From Takakia lepidozioides (taxonomy: Eukaryota > Plantae > Bryophyta), in assembly GCA_030704615.1 (NCBI GenBank), contig CM060734.1, positions 63,116,001 to 63,180,000 on the forward strand: 64,000 nucleotides of DNA, written 5' to 3'. The notes beneath the pieces were generated by a model that worked only from the letters and a program-made list of their open reading frames with translations, was not told where the DNA came from and made no database searches. Made by a program: the position numbers and the translations under genes. Below, in pieces: positions 12,901 to 25,710 of this stretch (its first letter is position 1; each line of letters begins with the position of its first letter).

Positions 12901-14069
12901 CAGGGTTTTCGGTGACCAGTGTGACAAGTCCTCGAGGTCGGTGGGGTACGTGGGTTGGGTCATCACACATGGCGTTTGTGGATTATACTCGGGACTGTTT
13001 TTGTTGACGTCGAAGTGCATGGAACAGTGATATCAGAGAATCCTTCCTCTCTCCTGCACATAAATAATACCCGATAACTTATATGCAAATCCACGCGAGA
13101 CTGTGGGACCACATGGCAGGGATCGAGAAAAGGAAGTCCACACTTGTCATCGTCCAAAGAATAAGGAAAGCAAGCGGTCCCAGATGGCGAGGGCGTGCAG
13201 ATCCAAGCTCATCACTTATCTCTTCAAATACTTACTTGCCAGGCCCACTTTGGTGCATTAAATTCAGTGACACAAGGAAGGCTTGAGCAGGGGCCTCTTT
13301 CCCACAGGGATGACCACACAAGCTCTCTTTCATCTACTTCGTGCCAGGGTGGTAGCACGTTGAATTTGGAACACTTTGTACAAGTCGAATGCGGGAGAAT
13401 TGAACAAGAGCATCTTGGAAGTGGGTTTGAAAAGCTGAAGCTGTATTTTGGACTTTGTGTTTGGTGAATGATGAGCGATAACGCGGCAAAACTGTAAGCA
13501 GCCCCTCTTTGTGAGATAATATAGATAGACAGGTTTGACTTGACGGATGCGTATCAGCTGCCACTGAGGCCAATTGATATCGGAGTCTAGAAACTTTGAA
13601 TTCGTCTGGCATATTAAAGGTATAAGATCTTACTCGGTGAAACCGAGGCGATTTTGGTGAACTTCAGTCTTGATGAAGACGACATTTGCTTGCATTTATA
13701 ATTTTTTCACGTTGTTGTGGAGGAAAACAGAAAAGAGGTGAAGCCCTAGTGTGTGTAAGAGTAACATTGAAGGTGATGGTTGAATTCCAGCAAGTTTTAA
13801 GGCAATGATCAAACTGGGAGCATGAGGAGTCTCAAGATCAGGCACCGATTCCGCGGGCATGGTACATCGAGTTGTGGCATTCTCTGCAGCTATCAACAGG
13901 TTGAGTTAGAGATGAATGTGCGCTAGTGAAAGATTGACATCCCGTTCCCAATCGTTCTTCTCATTTTGTAATCTGGTACCTAGTTAGCCCTTTGTTCCAT
14001 CGTCGACAGAGTTGTGCCATAAGAAGCCAAGAAATGCGGCCCCGCTTGCCTTGGTAGGCCATTGAGAAC

Positions 14070-17000
14070 ATGGCGGAAAATGTCTTTACTTTATGCAAAG
14101 AGACTATAGATTTAGCCCAGTACCTCGTGGCAACTGAGAAAGATTTGCAGATCAACAAGCAGCAGTGTAAGCTTCTGGCAAAGAAGCTCTCAGGAACCCA
14201 CGAAACATTAGACACGATCCGAGAAATCTTATTTGAAGAAGCGTGCCGCGGGCAATTTCGTGGTGCAAAACACTGGGAGCTGGTCATCAAGGAGCTCTAT
14301 CGTGTACTGAAGGCTGCCGAGGCACTGATCAAGGATTGTTGCTGTAATAATCGGTGGCTGAAGGTAGCGATCAGGCAAGGCGACAAGAAGCAAGATTTTG
14401 CGGAATTGCTCTATGACATAGATTGGTGCACTTCTGTTCTGTGTAGCAGTTTTCTCCAGCCAACCAGTCAAGAGACAGGCTACTTTGACGCAGGAGCATG
14501 CGAGGGTAACCTCGGTATCACAGAGTATTATGCTCTGGAGGCAGCAGCAAAGGATGACCAAGACTGCCTCAAGGCCTCTCTAAAGCACTTGAAGGGCGAT
14601 CATGTTTGCATGGAGGGCTGCAAGCACCTCAACCAAACTGAGCAGTGCCTTGCAGCGCAGCTGTTGGGGAGATTGCAAGCCCCGGTCTTGCCAATTAATA
14701 GCAGCGAAGTTGGTACCTCGCCGCTCATTTTGTGGGCGAATCCTGGAGAGCTCACTGATGGAATTAAGTTAGGAGAAGGTTCGACGGTGAAGGTGTATGA
14801 AACTATGTGGGGAGGAGAAAAGTACGCAAAGAAAAAAAGCTCGGATAGCTCTTTGTTCAAGCAAGAGGTGGCTACTCTGGCAGGGATTGATCATCCCCAC
14901 ATTATGCGGCTAGTTTGCTGCTCTCAAAGCAAGCGAGACATCCTCCTGATGGAATTGATGGCCACGGACCTCCATGCCCTCTTGCACGCCAGACCCCGCC
15001 CGTTTCCGAATCTTGAAGCCGTTGACCTCATGCTGCAAATCGCCGAGGGGATAAAATATTTGCACGCCAGAAGCACCGCCCACCGTAATATAAAATCTTT
15101 GAACATTCTTGTCAGATGTGCAAATCTTCCAGCTTGTCTAGGAGAAGACGCCCGCGTGTACGCGAAGATAGGTGGATTTGGCTTGTCGAGAGTCACACAT
15201 TCGAAAACTAGATACTCAGCGCAAACACACTATATAGGTACCAGACAGTGGATGGCACCGGAGGTTTTCAGTATGGAGGATAACGAAGATCTTCCTACCA
15301 GGTTGCAACCTCTGAAAGCAGATGTTTACAGTTTTGCGATTGTCTGTGCCGAGATATTGACAGGAGAGGAGCCATTTGGGGGGAATACATATGGGCTTGG
15401 GAGGAGGGTGAGGAGGGGGGAGAGGCCAAAGTTGTCGGAGAGTTGCCCAAACAGGTTGGCTTACTTGATTAAAAAATGTTGGGATGGTGACCACCTCCGG
15501 AGACCAGATTTCTCAGAGATTTGCAGAGAGCTAAGATATATCAAAGGCCTCCTTCTGAAAGGTTAGTGACGCCCATGTTGTGAACATTGCTTTCAGCACC
15601 AGAAATGATACTACGCAAGCTTTCTTGATGGACAGTTCCGTCACAATGGAGTCCCGAGATGCTAACATCAGTGAAAATAGTAAGGGAATCTGTGAAACAC
15701 AAAACAATCCTCTCGACCTCATCTTCTTCAACATACGATTTTACATTAGTTGTGACTCACAGAAATGCAATTCGAGGAAGAGATTATTGTGGAATTTGAA
15801 GGCTTTGATAACTGTTCATGAGAACCTTATCACTTCTAGGTCAAAATCTTTGCACGAGGTAACCTCTTCCTTCCGATGGAATGATCAACCTTAAAGGAGT
15901 GACAATCGAGACCTTGATTGTCTATCGTGAACATAGGGCTATTGATTAAATTGCTAAAGTGAGTCGCCCCTCTGATACAAATTCTGGATTCTACAGATGA
16001 TGAAGTGCAGCTGGAGAAACTGGATGCAGATGCTTTTCAAAACAAAGCAATTCAAGTAGGTGAAGACTATGTACATTCATTTTCTTTTTCGGACTCCCCA
16101 CATAGAAGCATAGACAGCAGACGGGAGTTATATTCATGGAACTTTGTCTTGAGTATATTTGCATTGTGCACTTAAGATAAATGGCCAGATAAAATGGCCA
16201 GGTTAGAAGATATGTCTGGAATTTTTCTGATGCATTTCAATTGCATTTTCAGTTTTCCCACTTTCTGCACCTTCTCAACTTCATCATTGTTCCCGCTTTT
16301 GTTGTGCATATGTATCATCATATCACTGAGTTCTGTATATGTGTTTATTAACCTCCCTCCTTGCGTATAGTGCCTCTGCACCCAAGGAAAATCTGGATAT
16401 TTTCAATCTAGATCAAATTTGAAGAAAAGTTATGGATTGGTACAACTGTGTTGTATGCACTTTACCTCTGCTTTTTACAATTCGATAGAATCATTATCAC
16501 AATGGAAATGTTTCGAGAAATGTTTCAAACAGAAATTTCTATGCACCAAACCCCCCCAAAAGAAAAACACACAAGCTTTGAAGTATAACATTGATATCTG
16601 GGTTCTGGCGTTGTGTGTTGTATATCATCAGGTACAAGGACCTTGGGGAGGTATAGGTGGAAGTCCTTTCTTTGATGGTATCACTACATCCATCAGAGGG
16701 TTTCAGCTCAAATTTGACAAGCCCCCACAGGCTCCCTGCATATGGTATCTTGAGGTGCAGTATGAGGTCAATGGAGTATCGTTCCAGTCATATCATGGTC
16801 TATCCAACTATGGGGCAAAATCTACTGAGGTTTGACTTTAACTCCTCCCTTCAATTTTCTAACAAGGTGTCTAACAAGCATGCTAAGCTACCATTCACCT
16901 TCCTCATTGACAAAAACCAACTGCCTTATGTGACATTGTTCAGTTCCATCTCATTTTTCAACTCTCATCTGGTTTTGGAAGTTATTGCTTATTACTGTGT

Positions 17001-17561
17001 TTATTAATTCATTCTCTTTTCTTTATTATACAAGTAGGTGAGTTACATCAGAGTTTCCACATGTTTTCAGTGTGTCTGTTTGCAAATTTTAGCAACATTT
17101 TGTTCTAGCCTATGCAGGTAAGGCATGAACAAAACCTGTAATTGTATGTGTAAAGGGTGTTATTTGTCTACATGTGCATATAGTGATTCAATCATCAGAT
17201 AGATTCTTTGTCTGCACCATTTAATTGTGGAAAGAGCACTTGTCAAGCCTGATATCTTCGTGCTTGAGTCTAGCTGACAGACTGCGTTTCATTGATTTCT
17301 GTCCAGATTTCATTCTCCTCCGAGGAATTCCTCGAGCAAATTGAAGGTTCATTTGGCTTTCAACCTGTTTATGTGGGATCCGACAAAGTTACAGGCATCA
17401 CTTCTCTGACATTTCGCACCAATCTAAACACCTATGGACCATTTGGTGGTGAAGGGGATACCCAATTCAAGACAAATCCAGGAAGGGTAGTGGGTTTGTT
17501 TGGGAGATGTGGCCTGAGTCTTGATCAACTTGGAGCATTTATCGTCCAAGATGAGACTTGA
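14070..17561 (+). CDS. N-terminal helical bundle (MLKL/MCAfunc/DUF1221-like) + Raf/TKL-type pseudokinase + C-terminal jacalin lectin; exons 14070-15561, 15997-16055, 16632-16829, 17307-17561 (667 aa)
   Basis: All introns GT-AG with consistent phases (1,0,0); 2004 nt open. N-terminus INKQQCKLLAKKL..ELYRVLKAAEALIKDCC..WLKVAI. Kinase GEGSTVKVY, YAKK, HRNIKSLN, KIGGFGLS, WMAPE, KADVYSF. Jacalin GPWGGIGGSPFFD..ITSLTFRTNLNTYGPFG..VVGLFGRCGLSLDQLG. Confidence 0.88.
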
Positions 17562-20216
17562 GCAAAATATATATTATATGATAATGTAACATTTGAAGAA
17601 CGCTCACAAAAGTTGAGCTGCTAAATGAACTCCTTTCCGTTGGGAATGTAAGGGAGTCAGTTGCCAACTCTGCAGTTTTGGTAATCATTTGGAGCTCACA
17701 ACTATGAGTGAGAATTGTTGAGTTTGCAAACTCTAGGATTGTACATGCCACAAATTAGAAGCAAGAGCTTATTACTATAAAAGTTTGGTAAGGTGTTTAT
17801 AACAAAATGGAAGAGGCTGTCTTTGATACAAAATGTTCTTTTAGAGGTCCTTTTTTTTTTTTCCAGAACAGGGGACGAGGTCTTCAAATCCTGCGAGAGA
17901 ATCTGGCGCCTGCACTCCAGGACCTCCAGCTTTTTCAACCGATGGTGCTAGGATTCCCCTGATGATCTTTGTTTCCATGGAAGTTAGGCCTCATAGCTCA
18001 AGAGCTAAATCTGGTGCGAAACAACAGACACTAACAGCGCTTGTAGCTGATTCACTGTGAGTCACAAAAGTAAGAATCAAGGAAACATCACTAGTCAAGA
18101 CGAGCGGATATTGAAGAGATGTAGTGGCAAGTCCGTCGGTAGAGAAGAGGAGATAGTGCTCACACACACACTTATCTCTCTCCTTTCCCATGCCCTTCCT
18201 GCCCAGACATCAGTAAGATACCGACAAATCAGTTCGATAATTAATTATAGTTAATAGGTTCACTGCTACCTAATATAGTAGAGCTAGTTTGCAGGCAGTT
18301 TAAGAGTAGGCTCTTCCCAAGATGGTGCCACAGCATAGGACCTCTCCCATGCTGCCAAACCATGCAATGCCCAGTTTTGCCAGAGTCATTTCTTCTCATG
18401 TTACTGCCCATCACGCACAATTTCTTCTCTCGTATGGCAGTGGTGGAGCTGTACGCTGCTGTTGAAAGTCTGCTTGAAAGCAAAGGGATCCCAGTTGAGG
18501 TCTTCGGCCACGAAGTCTTCAGCCATAGTGTGCACCACTCTAGCCCTCCTTGAAGACTATAAACACATGAATGCAAACAAATATGATCTGTGTAAATCCT
18601 GTCATTAGAGCCTCTTCAGATGTACTTTTTTGTTCTCTCTGCAGACTTGTGATGGTCCTGCACTTGTTTATCCGGTACTCCTCGGACACTCTCAAGTGTG
18701 TGGAAGTACACTGTCCTTGCACCAATGAAGATCAACAATCAAGACAAATGAAAACCTCCTTATTGTTTGCGTGTGCAACCAGTGCTCACTATAGTAAACT
18801 ACAAGTAACTCATCTTTCAGTGTCCAATAGAACGAGCTGTAGGCTATAGCTCACATGTTGCCATGCAAAACTCCAACTGCTCCGGTTCTCCATTCGAACA
18901 TCTTAGAACATCCTGTGCAAATTGCCGTCATTGTAGTTGAGGTACCATACTGGAAATGCAATCCTGATAACAATTCCTCTTTCCTTACAAAGTAGGCCAC
19001 CATTTCTATGACATCCTCAACGTAGCAGCTCCCCAGTCAAGAATCTCTATTACAACCCCAAGTGTAAGATGAAACCATCGGGCAGAGAGACAGGCACTGA
19101 GAAATGATAAGACAACCCCAATGTGTGCCGGTCACCCATCTTCTGATGCATAAGGGATTACACAAGTTTGAAAGATAGTTCACCCAGTTGTTTCAACATT
19201 GTGTCTTCCTTTAATGGCAGTGCTTTTGAGCCAGACTACATTGTAATCAGAAGAGTAGTTCCTAAATTTTACTTGCACTACTAACCACCTACCTGGAGAT
19301 CCAAGAATTTGGTTTCCATGTAGAGAAAACTGGCTTTACGTACATTAGTCAATAGTTATTCAGTACATCAGAATACTGGCACGGTAACACTAGTCTTACA
19401 AGCCAGACTGACATGCCCACTAAACCTCCTCTTACCACCAAATGCTCCTCGACACTAAGAACCAAATTGTGTCCATACTCTCAAGACTTCCACTTCACCA
19501 TAGAGTCGACAGACACATCCCCGCAGCCTGCGCAGGCTGGGTTAGTGAGGCCTGCAAACAAGTTCGATTGTCTGATCGAGCAGTAGGTGAGACAACCAAA
19601 TCGAGCTATGTGCCCTTAGGTGGTAGAGAACTCAACTGGAAGAACTCCCAAGGACGATGGCGTGCCTACAATCAAAACCCATCCAGAAGTGAAAAACTTT
19701 GCATCAAGCGGATGCCTTACTTCATAACATCAACATGACAACTACTCTAGTGAGGAAAACTGCCACTAGAGCCAGTTACAAAAGAAGTGGAGTAGAGTAA
19801 CTCACAGGTTTAAATCCTTCCGGGGAGCTTTTACTTTCAAGTAATTTTTTTTTATGGTGATACTTTCATGATCTGCTATCTCATCACCATCAAAATTTGT
19901 AATAGGATCTGAATGCAAATATAAAAAATACTGGATGTATGTGTCATGTCTGCTTCTGCGGACAGAAAAGTGTGGGTCACTCAAAGGCAGCAGCACCTGT
20001 GTGACGCACAAGATACTGTCGGTAATGAGCCCGATGATGTCACCTGAAGCATTATGCTTTTTACTTGCTGGTTTTACTTTGTTAGCTCTGGCTCTGGTAA
20101 AATAGTACGGTTGACCGTACCGGGTCGCTGCATTTTTATTTTATTTTTTTTCATTCTTCAAAAATCGCCGGAGGGGGTGTGGAGCTGGGATTCCTTCTCA
20201 TGAATGGAGGAGGAAA

Positions 20217-20655
20217 GTCAATCAAAATTGATTGAAAGGGTGAACCCATCGTTCGATGTTGAAATGATTTTTGATTGCTTTCAAACATTGCGAGTGTGTT
20301 GGACAGACCTTGTCAGAGGTACGTGTGGACTATCAGGTCAATCAAAATTGATTGAAAAGGTGAACCCATCGTTGGATGTTCAAATGAATTTTTGATTGCT
20401 TTCAATCTTTGCGAGTGTGTTGGACATACCTTGACACATGCTCCTCTCAAGTATGAAGTCAATCAAAAGTGATTGAAAGGGTGAACCCATCGTTCGATGT
20501 TCATATGAATTTTTGATTGCTTTCAATCTTTGCGAGTGTGTTGGACATCCCTTGTCACATGCTCCTCTCAAGTATGAAGTCAATCAAAATTGATTGAAAG
20601 GGTGAACCCATCGTTCGATATTCAAATGATCTTTGATTGCTTTCAACCATTGCGA
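20217..20655. repeat. Tandem array of ~120-121-bp units (~3.6 copies)
   Basis: Unit GTCAATCAAAA(T/G)TGATTGAAA(G/A)GGTGAACCCATCGTT.. recurs at ~20217, 20337, 20458, 20579. Confidence 0.9.
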
Positions 20656-21132
20656 GCTCCGGATGATTTAAGGGATGGACGGAGCCAGGATGAAGTCTGG
20701 ATGAACTTACACCTTGCGCATGAGGATGAGCTGGCAACAGTTGATGGCTTTATTAGGGGCTGTCTTATTCTAACAGCTAGTTTAGGATTAAATTAGGATG
20801 GGACTGGGCTTCTTTCTATGGCTGTGCTAGAAGGGCATTTGGTGGACCTATATGTAAGTGCCACACGACACTAGGATTAGATTATGACCTAGTACTATTT
20901 AAACCTCACTGTCGTGGCAGTGAGGGTGGTGGTGGCTTTTGGGGTCTTACGCGAGCGTACGCTGGGTGTAACGGTGTGCTTGAGTAGGTGGATGAAAGTG
21001 TTTTGGAGGTATGTGTCTATGATGTCCTCTTGGTGAGATTCCGTTTTCTTTGCCAAGCCCATCTATCGACTACATTCCCCGGATAGGATTAAGTCCGGTA
21101 GAGGAAGGGGAACAAACCCATAGTGCCGGAAT
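20656..21132 (+). repeat. Left arm of a large inverted repeat (partner 27405-27806)
   Basis: GGATGATTTAAGGGATGGACGGAGCC...GAACAAACCCATAGTGCCGGAAT is the reverse complement of 27405-27806, apart from a ~70-bp indel and point changes. Confidence 0.9.
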
Positions 21133-21989
21133 CATGGTGGAGATGTGGGGTAACTAAAATCGTTGACAGTTGATTTAGTTCGTACGAAGCACCTGAGAAC
21201 AGTAGATTGTGTACGGGGGATCCTGCATGATTGAAGGGTGAGGGAGTGGTAAAATGACGGCTTGTGTCTCGCGCGCAGAGAGAAAGGGAGAAAATTTGTC
21301 TGCTCGAGCTTTTCTATGTTTTGAGAGTTTAGCAAGTAAGCACTATAGCTTCCAGTTCTGAGCGTGGTTGGTTTGAACTTGATCAATTCGAAGAGATGAT
21401 GGGGCAGGATGAGGAATTGTCACTGACAGAGCAAGTAGTGGTCACTGCTCAAGAGGTTGCAGCATAGCAACCACGGGACGCGTCTTCTACCTTTAAGCAT
21501 GTTGCACTCAAGGTTGCAGTCACGGATGACAACTGGGATCCTGATGTTGGACCCATAGTCAGCGGAGGAGAGAGACAACGTATACGGCAGTTCTTGAGGG
21601 CTTACAAGAACTGCTTTCACTAGAAGAGAAACCGGATTTTTCCACTGCTTTGTCCACACTTTTTGCTGTGGAATCAGCCGCAATCCACACCTGTCGTGGG
21701 TGTAAGAAATGACTAGTGCTTTCGGACACCCCGTGGACGGCCTGGCTCTTAGGTGGCCCTGTGGAAAAGTCCACAGGTGGCTAAATCCACAGGTGGCTTT
21801 TTTCACGGGCGACGTGTGCTTTGGCGAACACTGCCACGTGGATCCTAGACGTACAAAGGGTGTGGACTTGTCCACACCTACGGGAAAATTATGCGACAGC
21901 CTATCACCATGGCTTGACGACATCTGGGCAACGGTATGGACACCACGTGTATTTTTGTCAGGGCAACACGTGGCGTATTTGGTTCCCAA

Positions 21990-22846
21990 TTTCTTAAACA
22001 AGTCAATCCAAAAATGACTTGTGAACTTTGAGTACGGCCTTTCACCCAGAAACAGATGCCCAAACAGAAAGGACCAACCATACAATTGAAGATATGTTGA
22101 GAATGTACTTTGGTGAAAGACAGTCCTCTTGGGAACAATATTTGTATATGGTGGAATTTGCTTATAACAAGCATTTCCACAGTGCCATTGGCATGAGCCC
22201 ATTTGAAGCTTTATATTGACGAGATTGCTTAGCTCCTGCTTCGCTTATCACACCACCATCAAATGTGCAAAGCGTGAATGACAGAATCAAAGAGATCCAC
22301 TCTGTCCTAGATCTGGTGAAGCGTAGTATGCAGGCTGCACAAGAACGGGCCAAGTTCTTTGCTGATAAGCGTAGGACTTTTCGTGAATTTGCCATTGGTG
22401 ATATGGTGTTTTTGAAAGTTACACCTAAAAGAAGCAACCTAACACTAGGCAAGTGTTATAAATTGTCACCAAGATTTTGTGGTCCGTTTAAAATCCTGGA
22501 ACGTCATGGCACAGTGGCCTATGAGTTGGATCTGCCTCCAACATGGAAGATCCATAAAACTTTCCATGTCAGTCTTCTTCGGAGGTATATGTCGGACTCA
22601 TCACACATCTTGCCGACGTTGCCTCAAGCCATGAATGATGGTCAGCTGATGGCTGAACCCGAAAAGATTCTAGAAACGCGGGTAAAGCACCTGTGCAACC
22701 GTTCTTGGAAAGAACATTTGATTAAGTGGTTGCATTACCCAGAGACAGAAGCTACTTGGGAGAAGGAAAATGAATTGACATTGAGTTACCCCTCATTTTC
22801 TGTCATTGAGGACAATGACCTGTCTTTGGGAGGGGGAGTTTGTTAG
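21990..22846 (+). mobile_element. Chromovirus-type Ty3/gypsy integrase C-terminus + chromodomain (5'-truncated)
   Basis: STAFHPETDAQTERTN, EFAYN..HSAIGMSPFEALY, KLSPRFCGPF (GPF/Y motif), chromodomain PEKIL..EHLIKW..PETEATWE; in-frame stop at 22217; polypurine tract GGGAGGGGGAG at ~22828-22838. Confidence 0.92.
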
Positions 22847-23482
22847 GTGCCTTGAACAAAGATCGAGACCTGTTGACCAGTTTGGCGAAGCAAGTGACTG
22901 CTAGAAGACCGCCGAACTGACAGTTGCAGGTCGAATGGAGCAGGCTCGCGTTCACGAACAGATCCACGATTAGGGATTTAAGAAAGTGGGCTTGGAGATG
23001 GCAAGAGTGGAGAAGAGAAAAGAATGATGGTGTACAGGCATCTAGAGCAGATCTGTATTGACAGGAAACTAGTGTAGCATGGCGTGGTGGCTGGGTGGAT
23101 CGGACGTAGCCGGTGCTGTGCTTTTTGGTGAGCAGAAAAAGAGGTCGTGAGAAGAAGAAAAAGGATCGATCTGCACTGGTCTATGGTGATAGAATGGCAT
23201 GAGATGAGTACATAAGTTGACAGGGAGATCTTTTGAACAAGGAATCAGGCCAGAGTAGGAGTGACGATCACTTGATTGATCTGTGAATTTGTAAAGAGGG
23301 AAGTGGAATAAGAATAGGGCCTTGGCTGGAGTTCAGATATAGATGAGAGTCCGGTTGAAACAAAATCCCGAGCAATCAGTTTTCCTTGGAGTTTTGGTAA
23401 ATTCCCTGTGAACAGCAAACCAAGCAAAGCGCCTGAAATTTTGTAATAGTTGGACAAAGAAAAGAGAGTCAGATCCTTTACA
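22841..23482 (+). mobile_element. LTR (~642 bp, TG...CA), preceded by a PPT and followed by a tRNA-Met PBS remnant
   Basis: Starts TGTTAG right after the PPT; ends CCTTTACA, followed by AG-TGGTATCAG (23485-23493). Confidence 0.7.
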
Positions 23483-24017
23483 AGTGGTATCAGTTATGTG
23501 GAATGACCTACAGTATAGGCAGTAAAATACTCCACACCCACACCAAGAGTTGCTCATTAGTGTACTCATTTCAAATCTAGATAATAGTGAAAACTTTGTG
23601 CAAGCTCATGACTGGACTATTTTCTACGGACAAGGCCAACCCCCGGAAGTGGGCAGTAACTGAAAGGCTAAGTGGCACTTAGTTACACTGGCCATGGCCA
23701 ACGTCTTCTCTATGTGGGGACAATGTTCAACCATAACTGACTGCAACACAAGAAGAGGAACCAAAACCTCAGGATTTTGTGGCCATTAACCTCCTCTTCA
23801 TTACATCTCTGTCCATCCCTCTTTAAGATTGTATGAAGAAGAGCACTGTTGAGAGGACAATCTCATACATATATGATGCCCTCGTCATTTTCACTGATGT
23901 TAATATCATGGGACTCTAGGTTAAACTGAACTATTTGTTATGCAAGCTTGTATAGTGCTAGTACTTATCTAGTTCTGAAAGCAATGCTCACAGGAACTGA
24001 AGATGGCAGTCACTAAC

Positions 24018-25526
24018 CTCTCAGAAGGAGTTCTTTGATGTATCTCAGCTTTCTGCAAATCTGTAAGAAATCAGGTCTCCGGAGAGGGTTGCCATCCCAA
24101 CAGTTTTTAATCAAGAAAGCTAACCTGGCTGGACAACTCTCCGGCAGCTTTGGCCTCTCACCCCCCTTCACCCTCTTCTGAATTCTATATAAGTCGTTCG
24201 CAAATGGCTCCTCTCCTGTCAGTATCTCAGCACATACAATCCCAAAACTATAAACATCTGTTTTCAGAGGGTAAAACCTGGTAGGATGATTTTCTAAGTC
24301 ATCCTCCACACTGAAAACCTCCGGCGCCTTCCATTGTCTGGTACCTACATCCGGTGTTTGATTTGAGTACCTGGTACTCTCATTCTTGATCTTTGACAAT
24401 CCGAAATCACCTACCTTTGCGTACAGGTGCCTGTCTTCTCCTAGACAAGCTGGAAGTTCTACGGATCTGACCAGAATGTTCAGAGACTTGAGATCACGGT
24501 GAGCAATGCTTCTAGCGTGCAAATATTTCATCCCCTCGGCAATTTGCAGCATGAGGTCAACTGCTCGAAGGTTCGAAAATGGCGTAGATTTTTCATGCAA
24601 GAGGGCATGGAGGTCCTTGTCCATCAATTCCATCAGGAGGGTGTCACGCTTGCCTTGAGAGCAGCAAACTAGCCGCATAATGTGGGGATGGTCGAGTCCT
24701 GCTAGAGCAGCCACCTCGTCCTTGAACATTGAGCTCTTTGTGCCTATGAATTTCTTCTTCGCGTACTTTTCTCCTCGCCACACAGTTTCATACACCTTCC
24801 CCATCGAACCTTCTCCTAAGTAAATTCCTTTATCAAGCTCTTCAGCGTTCGCCCACAAAATGAGTGGAGATGTATCCACGTCCCTTCAGTTGAGTGGCAA
24901 GGCTTGGGCTAATTGCAATCTCCCCAACAACTGCATTGCAAGACATTGCTCAGTTTGGTTGAGTTGCTTGCAGCTCCCCATGCAAACATGATCGGCCCTC
25001 AGGCTCTTCAAGGAGGCCTTGAGGCTGTCTTGGTCGTACTTTGCCGCTGCCTCCAGAGTGAAGGAATCAGTGATGCTGAGTTGCCCTTCGCACCCTCGTG
25101 CATCAATGTAGGAGCGCGTCTCTTTAGAGGTCCGCTTGAAAAAAATGCCGCACAGAATTGAAGTACACCAGTCTACATCGTGTAGCAACTCCGCAAAATC
25201 TTGCTTCTTGTCACCACACCTAATCGCTGCATCCAGCCACCGACCATTGCAGCAGCAATCCTTGATCAGTGCCTCGGCAGCCTTTAGTATGCGACAAAGC
25301 TCTTTCATGGCCTGCTCCCAGTCATTTGCATCATGAGAACTATTTGCACTTGCTTCTTCATCAGATAAGAGTTCCCGGATCTGTCTAATGTTGCTTGGAT
25401 TCCCGATAGTCTCTTTGCCAGAAACTTACACTGTTGCTTGTTGATCTGCAAATCTTTCTCGGTTGACGTGAGGTACTGGGCTGAATCTATAGTCTCTTTG
25501 CATAAAGTCAGAACATTTTCCGCCAT
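24018..25526 (-). pseudogene. Paralog of the 14070 gene, exon 1 only (helical bundle + catalytically intact kinase motifs), disrupted
   Basis: MAENVLTLCKETID.. start; 1-nt frameshift at ~25381; in-frame TGA at 24886-24888; GEGSMGKVY, HRDLKSLN, DFG, APE intact; same G|GTTAGT donor; intron homology continues to ~23880. Confidence 0.88.
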
Positions 25527-25710
25527 GGATTCTGTTCTCAAGTGCATTGAGCCGATAACTACCTAGAAGGCATGCTGCGATAGAACAAATGGCTACGAGA
25601 TAATTACAATCTGAGAAGAAGAGTTGGGAACGGCCAATTCACGGTGCTGATAGCTGCGAATGCCACAACTCAAAGAGACGGATTCTTCCCACTCCATCAC
25701 GGGCACCCTC

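Noticed and set aside
20217-20655. CRISPR-like array
   Set aside because: Units are ~120-bp near-identical tandem repeats without unique spacers; eukaryotic context with no cas genes.
21420-22202. 260-aa minus-strand ORF
   Set aside because: Partly antisense to the integrase and otherwise made of repetitive non-coding sequence; no recognisable motifs.
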